Shown here one piece after another: positions 1 to 9,836 of a stretch of DNA of 64,000 nucleotides. Under the pieces are notes generated by a model that saw only the letters and a program-made list of their open reading frames with translations, did no database searches and had not been told where the DNA came from. Source of the stretch: an uncultured bacterium (GTDB lineage Bacteria; Actinomycetota; Thermoleophilia; Solirubrobacterales; Solirubrobacteraceae); NCBI GenBank assembly GCA_963738355.1, contig CAVTWF010000002.1, forward strand, positions 198,720 to 262,719, in the 5' to 3' direction. Position 1 is the first letter of the stretch; every line of letters begins with the position of its first letter. The translations under genes and the position numbers were made by a program.

Positions 1-1150
1 CCTTGAGTATCTTCGCCGGCGCGCCGCCGAAGCGCACCGAGCCGGATTCGAGGAATTCGCCGAAGATCTTGACGTGTGTGCCGCCTTCTTCCGGGCCTTC
101 CTTCGGTTCGATCTTGCTGATCACCGCGCCTGAGACGTACGTGATGCGATCAGTCGGGCCGGTGGTGCTCGCGCCACCTTCCGTCGTCACCACAGCGTCG
201 ACGGTGCCGACCGAGTGCGCCGGCGCCTCGACGGAGATTTCGGTCGCGGAATCGGATTCGATCGTTCCCGGCGACCCTTCGAAATCGACCGAGCTCGCAC
301 CTTGAAGATCTTCTCCCTTGACGGTAACGAGGCCGCCCCCGACGTTGATCGCCTTCGGCTCTACGACGCTCACCTTCGGTTGGATCGCATAGCAGTTCCA
401 GGTGAACGCGTTGTTCGGGTTGATCGGATAGGCGAAGGAGGCGACGCCCGCGTGCTCGAAGTGGCACATGTCTTCCATGCTCGGGGCGGCGCCCTTTTCC
501 TTGATTTCCACCGTTGTGCCACTGCCGTTCACGCAGGCCCAGTTGTGGAACGCGAATTCCAGCCCTTCGATACCGCCCTTCAGGAGAGCCGTAGGATTAT
601 TCTCCTCGCCGTGATAGCCAAGGTGTTCGCAGTAGGTTTCGACGTCCAAGCCGCCGATCTTGTGCGGCGGTTCCGGTTCCGTAAACGTGTAGGTGTCGGC
701 TGGGGTTGCTTCGCTCGTTCCGCCCAGCGTCTTGACCGTGACATGAAGAAAGCCGTTGCCCGCGCTCGACGTGGCGAGGATTTCGTGTTCGGACTTGAAT
801 TCGACCTTCGCCGCTTCGGCGGACCCAAAGAAGACGGCCGGCTCTTCTTCGAAGTTGTTGCCCATGATCGTTACCAGCGTGCCGCCAATTTCGGGGCCTT
901 CGTGCGGTTCGATGCTCGTTACTTCTGGCGGGTCCCCGACCAGGGGCCGAACCGAACTCATTAGGTCTCGACCGGTCGTCCCACCCAAGGCCACGCCCGC
1001 AGTGATCGGCCCACGTGGCGCCGTGTCGCTGCGGCCGTAAGCGGCTGGGGTGGCAGCGCACGACCCTACTGCGACGACCACGGCAAGCGACATCAACGCT
1101 CGAACGCGCGCGCCAGAACACGCGCGACGCAGAGCGCGCAAGCCCTCCAT
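1..1150 (-). CDS. Secreted IPT/TIG domain protein (3' end outside window)
   Basis: Manual translation from ATG 1150: signal-like LAVVVAVGSCAATPAAYG, then PPEVTSIEPHEGPEIGGTLVTIMGNNF and AVISKIEPKEGPEEGGTHVKIFGEFL (IPT/TIG repeats) around a Cys-containing insert; open to the window edge so absent from the ORF track. Confidence 0.85.
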   Translation of the reverse strand, partial: MEGLRALRRACSGARVRALMSLAVVVAVGSCAATPAAYGRSDTAPRGPITAGVALGGTTGRDLMSSVRPLVGDPPEVTSIEPHEGPEIGGTLVTIMGNNFEEEPAVFFGSAEAAKVEFKSEHEILATSSAGNGFLHVTVKTLGGTSEATPADTYTFTEPEPPHKIGGLDVETYCEHLGYHGEENNPTALLKGGIEGLEFAFHNWACVNGSGTTVEIKEKGAAPSMEDMCHFEHAGVASFAYPINPNNAFTWNCYAIQPKVSVVEPKAINVGGGLVTVKGEDLQGASSVDFEGSPGTIESDSATEISVEAPAHSVGTVDAVVTTEGGASTTGPTDRITYVSGAVISKIEPKEGPEEGGTHVKIFGEFLESGSVRFGGAPAKILK

Positions 1151-1398
1151 GGATGTGCGTCCGTTCTCGCCCACTATGTGCCCCGCCGCATGCGGCCGCG
1201 AGTGGCGCGGTGCCGCATGCTCGCCTCGTGGAGCCGAGGAGTCTACACCGGTGGGCGTTACATGTCTACGCGCACGCGCCGGGCCAGTCGCCATTTGAGC
1301 GGCTCGACAAGCATGGTCGTCGATTCACGCGATGGACTCCGCGGCGCCGTTGGGATAGCCTCCGACGCGCGGGGACAGTGGGCGAGAGCGAGGACGGC

Positions 1399-3322
1399 AT
1401 GCGCAGGGTAGGCAAAGAGCGACGGAAGATGCTTTTGCTGGTCGCCGTTGCCCTGCTCGCGAGCGGCGTTGGAACGCTCGCCTATGCCACGCACCTGTTA
1501 CGGCGCAGCGAACTGCAGTCGATCGATGCACGTTTTTCGATCCGTGGGAAGCAGACGCCGCCGCCCAACATCGTCTTCGTCGCGATCAGCCTCCAAGCCG
1601 AAGCGGAACTGAAGGCCCGCGGCCTCGACGCGCGCTCACCGCTCCCCCGCTCCTACGACGCCCGCGTCGTCGACCGGCTGCGCGAAGCGGGTGCGAGGGT
1701 GATCGCAATGGACATGGAATTCACGCAATCCACAAATGCGAGAGAAGACAACGAATTGATCGAAGCGGTCGGCCGCGCTCACGGGAAGGTCGTGTTGGCC
1801 GCGGCGAACCCTTTCACCAACGGCGGCACTGAAATCTTCGGTGGGGAACCCTTGCTACACGAAAAAGGGTCGCAACCAGCCGAGATCAGGCTCACGCTCG
1901 ACACTGATGGGTCGGTGCGTCGTTTCGAACGCGAATTCAGCCATCTCGGCAGCTTCCCGGTCGTCGCCTACGAAGTGATGGCGGGAAAGCATGTCAAGGC
2001 ATCCACGTTCGAAGACGGCAGTCTGCCGATCGACTACGTTGGGCCGCGAAACACGATCAGATCGATCTCCTACGCGAAGGTGCTCTTCGGGTACTTCCCA
2101 CCGAACCTCTTTCACAACAAGCTCGTGATAGTCGGTGCGTCCTCTCCGATCCTCCAGGACTTGCACCCGACGCCCACGACGCCCGGGTTGGGGTTGGGCA
2201 TGCCGGGACCCGAAATCTGGGCAAACGCTACGCTCCACTCTGCTTCGAGGGGTGCCGCTCAGAAACGTCTCCGGCGCGCTCAACGTTCTGCTGATCATCC
2301 TACTCGGGGTGGCGGTGCCGCTCGGGAGCATGCGCGTCCGTCGCTGGCGCTCGTTGCTCGACGCGGTCGCGCTCGCTGCGATCTTCACCATCGCGACGCA
2401 GGTCGCGTTCAACAGCGGTCGGATCATCACATTCGTTTATCCGCTGCTCGCCCTCGTCATCGGCACGCTCGGCACGCTCGCGGTTCTCTACATCACGGAG
2501 ACGATCGAGCGCGAACGGGTGCGTAACGTGTTCTCGCGCTTCGTGCCCGCGGGTGTGGTCGACGAGGTCCTCGCGAGTGCCGATGAGAACCTCCGACTCG
2601 GCGCTGTCGAACGCGACTGCACGGTCCTCTTCTCCGATTTGCGCGGCTTCACGAGCTTCTCCGAGACGCAGCCGGCAGCGAAGGTGATCGACGTCGTCAA
2701 CTACTACCTCAACGGCATGACCGAAGCCATCCTCGACGCGGGCGGGACGCTGATCGCGTACATGGGCGATGGGATCATGGCGGTCTTCGGCGCGCCCCTC
2801 GAGCAGGAGGACCACGCCGACCGCGCGGTCACCGCCGCACGGGAGATGATCGGAAAGCGTCTTTCGCACTTCAACGCGTGGCTCCACGAGCAGGGCTTCG
2901 AGCACAGCTTTCAGATGGGCGTCGGGCTGAACAGCGGGAGCGTGATGGCGGGCAACGTCGGATCGGAAGACCGCGTCGAGTACACGGCGCTCGGCGACAC
3001 CACGAATACCGCCTCGCGCCTGGAGGGCATGACGAAGGGCTCAGGCCACATGCTCTTCATCGCCGACTCCACGCGCCAGCGCCTGCGCCACGCGCCGCCC
3101 GGGTTGATGCGCGTCGGCGAGCTCGAGGTGCGGGGGCGCGAAGCGAAGCTCGCCGTCTGGACGATCGGCGCGCACACGGCCCCGCCGAGCGACGTCTCCG
3201 CGAACGGCCACACCGACGATCTGAAGGCGGCCGAGCAGCACAGCGACGGCGACCGTCAGCAGGCCGATGGTAAGCTCCCCGCCGGCAAGACGCCAGGTGT
3301 TGGCGCCGAGCAGGGGACTTAG
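1399..3322 (+). CDS. CHASE2-domain class III nucleotidyl cyclase (frameshift near 2235)
   Basis: N-part in ORF 1015..2526 (IDARFSIRG, VVDRLREAGARVIAMDMEF, LDTDGSVRR, MPGPEIWAN = CHASE2); C-part in ORF 2135..3322 with three TM helices and VLFSDLRGFT...MGDGIMAVFGAP...YTALGDTTNTASRLE. Confidence 0.92.
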
Positions 3323-3336
3323 CGGCACACGCAGCC

Positions 3337-4341
3337 ATGCGCCACAAGAGCTCGATCACCTCGTTGTCGTGGATTCCTTCGGAGGCGGTGGAAGGAAGTC
3401 AGCGCGTCGCCTTCGATGCCGGTCTCGCGCACTACGACAAGCCCCCGCCCGACGCGATCGACGACGTCGAGGCGCTGCGAACCGCTGACCGCTTCCGCTT
3501 CGCGAACATCTTGAGCGGGTGGATCGACGTCGACCGCTCGGGCGAGATCAAGGACTACGGGTACTCGGGCGGTGGGCTGATGGGTGCGACGACGATCAAG
3601 GTCGGCCCCCTGGCGCGCACCTTCGAGGCCGTGGGGCTTCCCGACATCCAGCGGACGCCTGTCAAGCGCAAGGGCTTCGTGCGCTTCGTGCAGACGGCGG
3701 GTGGTCGCACGGGCGTCCCCGCGCCGCGGCGGGTGCGGCGACGTCCCTTCATACAGTGGCAGGCGCCGCTCGTGTGGACGACGCTCTCACTCACGATCCA
3801 CGCGGACGGAAGCGCGGAAGGGACGATCGAGGGGGCGAGCCGCTTTCCCCGCCACTGGGTCTACGACGAGCGGGGGCGACTCGCGCAGAAATCGGGGCTC
3901 GCGGACTTCAAGGACTGGTACCGCAAGTCCTTCGGCCGACACACGCCCTGGGGCGACCAGGATTCGAAGGCGCTCGTCACCGCCGTCGAGTCGGCGCTCG
4001 AGCGCAGGCTCTCCGAGCAGGTGATGCGCGGTGGAAGCAAGCCGAAGGTGCGCCGGGTCAAAGCCGGCAAGACACTCGTCGAGCAAGGCGAGGTGGGCTC
4101 CGAGGTCTTCCTCGTTCTCGATGGCGTCCTGCGCGTCGAGCACGACGGTGAGCGACTCGCGGAGTACGGCCCGGGCGCGCTCCTCGGCGAGCGCGCGCAC
4201 CTCGACGGCGGCCGCCGAACGTCGACGCTCGTCGCGGTCACGCCGTGCCGGGTCGCGTCGGTGGAGGCGCGCGAACTCGATCGATCAGAGTTGCAAGAGC
4301 TCTCGAAGGGGCATCGGCGGGAGAAGGCCGTTCGCGGCTGA
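3337..4341 (+). CDS. Unknown N-terminal domain fused to C-terminal cyclic nucleotide-binding domain
   Basis: C-term LVEQGEVGSEVFLVLDGVLRV...GPGALLGERAHLDGGRRTSTLVAVTPC is a canonical cNMP-binding motif. Confidence 0.88.
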   Translation: MRHKSSITSLSWIPSEAVEGSQRVAFDAGLAHYDKPPPDAIDDVEALRTADRFRFANILSGWIDVDRSGEIKDYGYSGGGLMGATTIKVGPLARTFEAVGLPDIQRTPVKRKGFVRFVQTAGGRTGVPAPRRVRRRPFIQWQAPLVWTTLSLTIHADGSAEGTIEGASRFPRHWVYDERGRLAQKSGLADFKDWYRKSFGRHTPWGDQDSKALVTAVESALERRLSEQVMRGGSKPKVRRVKAGKTLVEQGEVGSEVFLVLDGVLRVEHDGERLAEYGPGALLGERAHLDGGRRTSTLVAVTPCRVASVEARELDRSELQELSKGHRREKAVRG

Positions 4342-4347
4342 GCCTTC

Positions 4348-5187
4348 GTGCGAATCGTCTTTTGCGGCGTGCGAGGCTCGACCCCAGCGCCAGGGCCTGA
4401 CTACCTCCGCTACGGCGGACACACGCCGTGCCTCGCCATCGCGCCCGACGACAGCGACGTGCCCACGCTGATTCTCGACGCGGGGACCGGGATCCGCGCG
4501 GTGACGGAGCTCCTTGACGGCGCCGCCTTCAGCGGCGCGATCGTGCTCACGCACCTGCACTGGGACCACGTGCAGGGCCTCCCCTTCTTTGCCGCCGGCG
4601 ACCGCGACGACGCGAGCGTCAGGCTCCTCATGCCCGAGCAGGAGGACGGCGCGAGCGCGGAGTCGGTGCTCGCACGCGTGATGTCGCCCCCCCACTTCCC
4701 GATGACACCCGCCGACCTGTGCGGCGCGTGGAGCTTTGAAAGCCTCGCGGAGGGCGAGACGCAAATCGAGGGCTTCGCGGTGCTCGCGCGCGAGATTCCA
4801 CACAAGGGCGGGCGCACGTTCGGATACCGGGTGAGCGACGGACGCGCGACGCTCACGTATATGCCCGACCACCGTCCCACAGCGTTTGGCCCCGGGCCCG
4901 ACGGCTGTGGCGAGTACCACCCTGCGGCGCTCGAGCTCGCGAAGGATGCGGACCTGCTCGTCCACGACGCTCAGCTGTTCCCGGACGAGCTCGCTGCCGA
5001 ACAGCGCTTCGGGCATGCCTCGGTCGAGTACGCGGGAAGGCTCGCGAGCCATGCGCATGCGCGCGGCGCGGCACTCTTTCACCACGCCCCGGAGCGGACC
5101 GACGATGCGCTCGACGAGCTCGCACGCAGCACCGCCGCCGATCCATCGGTGACGGTTGCCTCTCAAGGCGAGGCGGTAAAGCTCTAG
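4348..5187 (+). CDS. MBL-fold metallo-hydrolase (RNase Z / cNMP phosphodiesterase-like)
   Basis: GVRGSTPAPG...YGGHTPC, LDAGTGI, THLHWDHVQGLPFF, DLLVHDAQ, FGHAS, FHHAP. Confidence 0.92.
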   Translation: MRIVFCGVRGSTPAPGPDYLRYGGHTPCLAIAPDDSDVPTLILDAGTGIRAVTELLDGAAFSGAIVLTHLHWDHVQGLPFFAAGDRDDASVRLLMPEQEDGASAESVLARVMSPPHFPMTPADLCGAWSFESLAEGETQIEGFAVLAREIPHKGGRTFGYRVSDGRATLTYMPDHRPTAFGPGPDGCGEYHPAALELAKDADLLVHDAQLFPDELAAEQRFGHASVEYAGRLASHAHARGAALFHHAPERTDDALDELARSTAADPSVTVASQGEAVKL

Positions 5188-5189
5188 GC

Positions 5190-6629
5190 ATGCAGAGTGC
5201 GCGAGCGTCCAAGCCGCGCTCGCCCGACGCAGTCGTCGTTGGCTCGGGCCCCAATGGGCTGGCCGCCGCGCTCACGCTCGCGCGCGCGGGACTGAAAGTC
5301 GCGATCTACGAGGGCGCGGAGACCCCGGGGGGCGGCTGCCGCACCGAGGAGCTCACGTTGCGCGGCTTCAGACACGACCTCTGCTCCTCTGTTCATCCCC
5401 TCCTTGCCGCGTCGCCGTTCTTCCGCGAGGACGCACCCGCTGGGGTGTCGTTGAGAAGCTCCGCGGTCGCCTTCGCGCATCCGCTCGAGCGCGGACGGGC
5501 CGCCGCGGCGGCGGGCTCGCTCGAGGACACGGCGAGCGCGCTCGGCCGAGACATGGGCGCCTACCGACGCTTGCTCGAGCCACTCGTGGCGAACGAGCGC
5601 TCGATCCTCTCTGCGATCCTCGCGCCGCTGCTTCGTGTTCCGGAGCATCCGATCGCACTCACCCGCTTCGGGCTTCGCGGCCTCCTTCCGATCACGGTTC
5701 TCGCGCGAGCGTTCAAAACCGAGGAGGCCCGCGCGCTCCTCGCCGGTCTCGGCGCGCATGCTATGCAGCCGCTCAGCGCGCTTGGCACCGGAGCATTTGC
5801 GCTCGTGCTCGGCATGCTCGCCCACACCGTGGGTTGGCCCGTGATCGAAGGGGGAAGCGCTCAGCTCACCGACGCGATGCTTGCCGAGCTCTCCGCGGCC
5901 GGGGCCGACCTTCAGACGGAACGCAAGATCGAGAGCCTCGATCAGCTTCCACGTGCACCGATCACGATGCTCGACGTGAGCACGCGAGGGCTGCTCGAGC
6001 TCGCAGGAGACCGGCTCCCGCCGCGCTACAGCGCGGCGCTGCGGCGCTTCCGTTACGGGCCCGGCGCTTGCAAGGTGGACTGGGCGCTCGAGGGCCCCGT
6101 GCCCTGGGAGGCCGAGATCTGCAGGCGCACACCGACGCTGCACCTCGGCGGCACGTTCGAGGAGATCGCCCGCAGCGAGTCAGAAGTGGCGAGCGGCCGC
6201 CACCCAGCGCGCCCTTTCTGCATCGTCGTGCAAGCGTGCGTCGTCGATCCCGATCGTGCTCCCAGCGGCCAGCACACGCTCTACGCCTACTGCCACGTGC
6301 CCGCGGGGTCGACCACCGACATGCGTGAGCGGATCGAAGCCCAGATCGAGCGCTTCGCGCCCGGCTTCCGCGAGCGCGTGCTCGCGTACCGCACGACGAC
6401 CGCCGCGGAGCTGGAGGCCCACAACCCGAACCTCGTGGGCGGCGACTTGAACACGGGCGCCGCAACCTTGAGGCAGACGGTTTTCCGCCCAGTCGTCAGC
6501 TTGAACCCCTATCGGACGCCCCTCGAGGGCGTGTTCCTCTGCTCCGCGTCCACTCCGCCTGGCGGAGGTGTCCACGGAATGTGCGGTCTGCAAGCTGCTC
6601 GCCGCGCCTTGAGAGACCTGGCGATCTAA
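5190..6629 (+). CDS. Phytoene desaturase-family FAD-dependent oxidoreductase
   Basis: VVVGSGPNGLAAA dinucleotide fold, GGGCRTEELTL.GF.HDLCSSVHP, C-term CSASTPPGGGVHGMCG. Confidence 0.9.
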   Translation: MQSARASKPRSPDAVVVGSGPNGLAAALTLARAGLKVAIYEGAETPGGGCRTEELTLRGFRHDLCSSVHPLLAASPFFREDAPAGVSLRSSAVAFAHPLERGRAAAAAGSLEDTASALGRDMGAYRRLLEPLVANERSILSAILAPLLRVPEHPIALTRFGLRGLLPITVLARAFKTEEARALLAGLGAHAMQPLSALGTGAFALVLGMLAHTVGWPVIEGGSAQLTDAMLAELSAAGADLQTERKIESLDQLPRAPITMLDVSTRGLLELAGDRLPPRYSAALRRFRYGPGACKVDWALEGPVPWEAEICRRTPTLHLGGTFEEIARSESEVASGRHPARPFCIVVQACVVDPDRAPSGQHTLYAYCHVPAGSTTDMRERIEAQIERFAPGFRERVLAYRTTTAAELEAHNPNLVGGDLNTGAATLRQTVFRPVVSLNPYRTPLEGVFLCSASTPPGGGVHGMCGLQAARRALRDLAI

Positions 6630-6635
6630 GCCTCA

Positions 6636-7020
6636 GCGCCGCAATCTGTGGGGAACTACGTAAAAACGGGCGTTGATCTGCCCGAAGGGTGCTAAAGGAC
6701 CGCGGCGCCCCTTCCGATTGACTCCATGCGGACCAGCTTCGTCTTTTACGGAGAGCCGGGCCGCATTCGGAAGTCATTCCGGAAAAAGGCACCCCCGCCG
6801 CGAGGCGGGCTCGCAAAGCAAGGGGTCTCTCGCAGATCGCCCGGCCGCCCGGCAAGCCCTGTGAAACAAACAACGGAGCTCTTGCCGCATGCCTCGCCTG
6901 TCCCGCGAGAGAAGTATCTCGATACCTGTTGCCTTGGTCCTCAGTCGGGTTTTCGGCTGGGGGCGGGCCTTGGGATCGACAATCATGCAGTTGGAGCCTC
7001 CTCATCCCAGGAGGTTCTCG
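6636..7020 (+). repeat. Duplicated leader of collagen gene 1 (second copy about 9453-9836)
   Basis: Highly similar non-coding blocks, e.g. TTCCGATTGACTCCATGCGGACCAGCTTCGTCTTTT in both. Confidence 0.9.
6777..6855 (+). ncRNA. c-di-GMP-I (GEMM) riboswitch
   Basis: CCGGAAAAAGGCAC-CCCCGCC-GCGA-GGCGGGC-TCGCAAAGC-AAGGGGTCT...AGATCGCCCGGCCGCCCGG: GNRA-capped P2, CGCAAAGC junction, P3, CCGG/CCGG P1; matched by eye to the GEMM consensus. Confidence 0.82.
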
Positions 7021-9160
7021 ATGTCCCCCGCACGAAACGCCCTCGTACTCATCGGGGCGACCCTGATGCTGACGGCGCCGACCAGCGCCGTTGCGGTCGC
7101 CGCGACCAACTCGAGGGCCCACGCCGCCGCCGCGACGAAGAGCGCGAAGTGCACGGCGAAGGGCAAGAGCAAGAAGCACAAGAATTGCCCGAAGCCGTCC
7201 GGTAAGGGCAACACCACCCCGAGTAGCGTGACCGGCCCAACCGGGGCTCAAGGCGCCGCTGGGCCCGCCGGCGTTAGCGGCGCGACAGGCCCGCAGGGTC
7301 CCGTGGGCGAATCGGGCTCGAGCAGCAACCCGGCTGCGCGCGGCGCGTCGGGCCCGACAGGTGCTGTCGGCCCGGCTGGCGAACGAGGAGCGACCGGTGA
7401 CGTTGGCGCCACCGGCGTCACAGGCGCGACCGGCGCGAGGGGCGCAACGGGCGCGACCGGAGCGGTGGGCGGACAGGGCGCCACTGGACAGACTGGAGAA
7501 GCGGGAGAAAGAGGGGCAACAGGCGCCACAGCTGCAGATGGCGCGACGGGTGCCACCGGATCGACGGGTGCGCTCGGCCCCAGGGGGGAAGCCGGCGCGA
7601 CCGGCACCGCGGGCGAAAACGGAGCGACCGGTGAAGCCGGGCCGACCGGCGAACGCGGTGCAACTGGTGAAGCCGGCGCAAATGGATCGACCGGCGAAGA
7701 CGGCGCGGCAGGTTCGGCTGGTGCCACTGGCGAACAGGGCGCAACGGGAGTAGCTGGGGCAACCGGCGCAGCCGGGGCAACCGGAGCAGCTGGGGCAACC
7801 GGTGAACAGGGGTCCACGGGAGCCACCGGAGCAACTGGACCTCAGGGTGTCCAGGGCGTGACCGGCGCACCTGGTGCAACTGGCGCCACGGGCGCCACTG
7901 GTGAAGAGGGCGCCACGGGGTCCGCTGGTGCCACCGGCGAACAGGGCTCCACCGGAGCTGTCGGCGCGACCGGCGAACAGGGCTCCACCGGCGCGATTGG
8001 CGCCACCGGCTCTGCCGGGTCGAACGGTGCAACCGGAGCTGCGGGCTCGAATGGCTCGAACGGCGCCACGGGCGAAAATGGCGCGACCGGAGCTGCCGGC
8101 TCGAATGGCGCGACTGGCCCGCAGGGTGTCCAGGGCGTGACCGGCACAGCTGGTGCAACTGGCGCCACCGGCGCCACTGGTGAAGAGGGCGCCACGGGGT
8201 CCGCTGGTGCCACCGGCGAACCAGGGCTCCACCGGAGCTGTTGGCGCGACCGGCGAAAGGGCGCCACCGGCGCGATTGGCGCCACCGGCTCTGCCGGGTC
8301 GAACGGTGCCACGGGCGCAACCGGGTCTGCCGGGTCGAACGGTGCAACCGGCGCCAGCGGCGCGACCGGAGCTGCCGGCTCGAATGGCGCGACTGGCCCG
8401 CAGGGCGTTCAGGGCGTGACCGGCGCAGCTGGCGCCACGGGCGCGACTGGCTCTGCCGGCTCCAACGGCGCGACGGGTGCCACCGGCGCGAATGGCGCAA
8501 CCGGTGCGCAAGGCGTCACGGGCGCCACCGGCGCTGGCGGCGCCACTGGCGCCACCGGGGCTGTCGGATCGACCGGCGAAAAAGGCTCTGCCGGCGCTAC
8601 GGGCGCCACCGGCGAAAAGGGACCGACCGGAAACGCCGGGGCGACGGGCGCGAGCGGCCTCACGGGTAGTGCGGGCGCCACGGGCCTCACCGGTAGCGCG
8701 GGTGCTACGGGCCCCGCGGGAGCGCGCGGGGTCAGCAGGTGCCGCCGGAGCGACCGGCGCCACCGGCTCCGCAGGGTCGGCCGGCGCTACGGGCGCGACC
8801 GGTTCATCGGGCGGCTTCGTTGTGGGTGGGTCGGACGCCGAAACGATCAGTGGCGAAGACTTCATGAGCGTGGGCGAAATCGGCAGGAGCACCACGGAAT
8901 CGGCGGTTGCAGCGGAATGGCCCGTCAGCGGGACCATCGATCAGCTCTACGTGCACGCGTCCACCGGCAACGCGACCGCAACATTCACAGTGATGGTGAA
9001 CGGCGCAGAAACCGCAGTCAAGTGCAAGATAAGCAACGCCCGGACCTGCAGCGATTTGACTCACTCCGTCACGATCGCCACCGGACAAACCTTCGCCGTC
9101 AAGGCGCAGTACGAAACCGGCACCGCCCGGGCTGTCCAGTTCCGGGTGCGCGTGCACTGA
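7021..9160 (+). CDS. Secreted collagen-like (Gly-X-Thr) protein 1 with C-terminal globular head (indels near 8220-8260 and 8730)
   Basis: AGGAGG SD at 7009-7014, signal peptide, Lys-rich Cys pair, long GATGxx repeats, head domain in ORF ending 9160 (...AVQFRVRVH). Confidence 0.9.
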
Positions 9161-9178
9161 CGCGGGCGCAAAGACTGA

Positions 9179-9228
9179 GGCGGGCACACCTACCGGCGCG
9201 GGACATGGAGCTCCCGCGCCGGCCCGCC
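9179..9228 (+). terminator. GC-rich 3' hairpin after collagen gene 1
   Basis: GGCGGGC...GGCGCGGGA/TCCCGCGCC...GCCCGCC; homologous hairpin after gene 2; no U-tract. Confidence 0.55.
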
Positions 9229-9594
9229 ATGGACCCCCTCGGCCCAACTGACCCCGAGTTCTCGCGACACCTGCGAGATCCATAGAGCTGCAATGACTCG
9301 GACAACCCCACCGGCCGGTCCGGCTGTCCAAGCGCCTGCTCACGCTCCCTCTTCGGAACCGGTGCTCTTCGGCTAATCGTCTGCGACTCTTCGCGATCAC
9401 GGCGGACTGAGCCGGTGTCGCTACATGCCGAAAATGGGAGACGCCAGGCCGGCGCGCCTCAATCCGCCGGCAAGTACGTAAAAACGGGGGTTGATCTGCC
9501 CGAAAGGTGCTAAAGGATCGCGGCGCTCGTTCCGATTGACTCCATGCGGACCAGCTTCGTCTTTTGCGGCGAGCCGGGCCGCATTCGGAATTCA

Positions 9595-9673
9595 TTCCGG
9601 AAAAAGGCACTCCCGCCGCGAGGCGGGGTCGCAAAGCTAGGGGTCTCCCGCAGATAGCCCGGCCGCCCGGCAA
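9595..9673 (+). ncRNA. c-di-GMP-I (GEMM) riboswitch, second copy
   Basis: CCGGAAAAAGGCAC-TCCCGCC-GCGA-GGCGGGG-TCGCAAAGC-TAGGGGTCT...AGATAGCCCGGCCGCCCGG. Confidence 0.87.
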
Positions 9674-9836
9674 GTCCCTGTGAAACAAAGAACGGAGCTC
9701 TTGCCGCATGCCTCGCTTCTGCGAAGGAAGTACGCCCATAGCTGTTCCCGCGCTCGTCACTCGCCTGAGTGGCCGCGGGCGTGCCCATGGGTCGACCACC
9801 ATGCAGGTGGATCCTCCTCAGCTCAGGAGGTTCTCG

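Noticed and set aside
1399-5187. Canonical Pycsar or CBASS defence system
   Set aside because: Cyclase is a CHASE2 membrane sensor type and the cNMP protein has no TIR or TM effector; kept only as a signalling module
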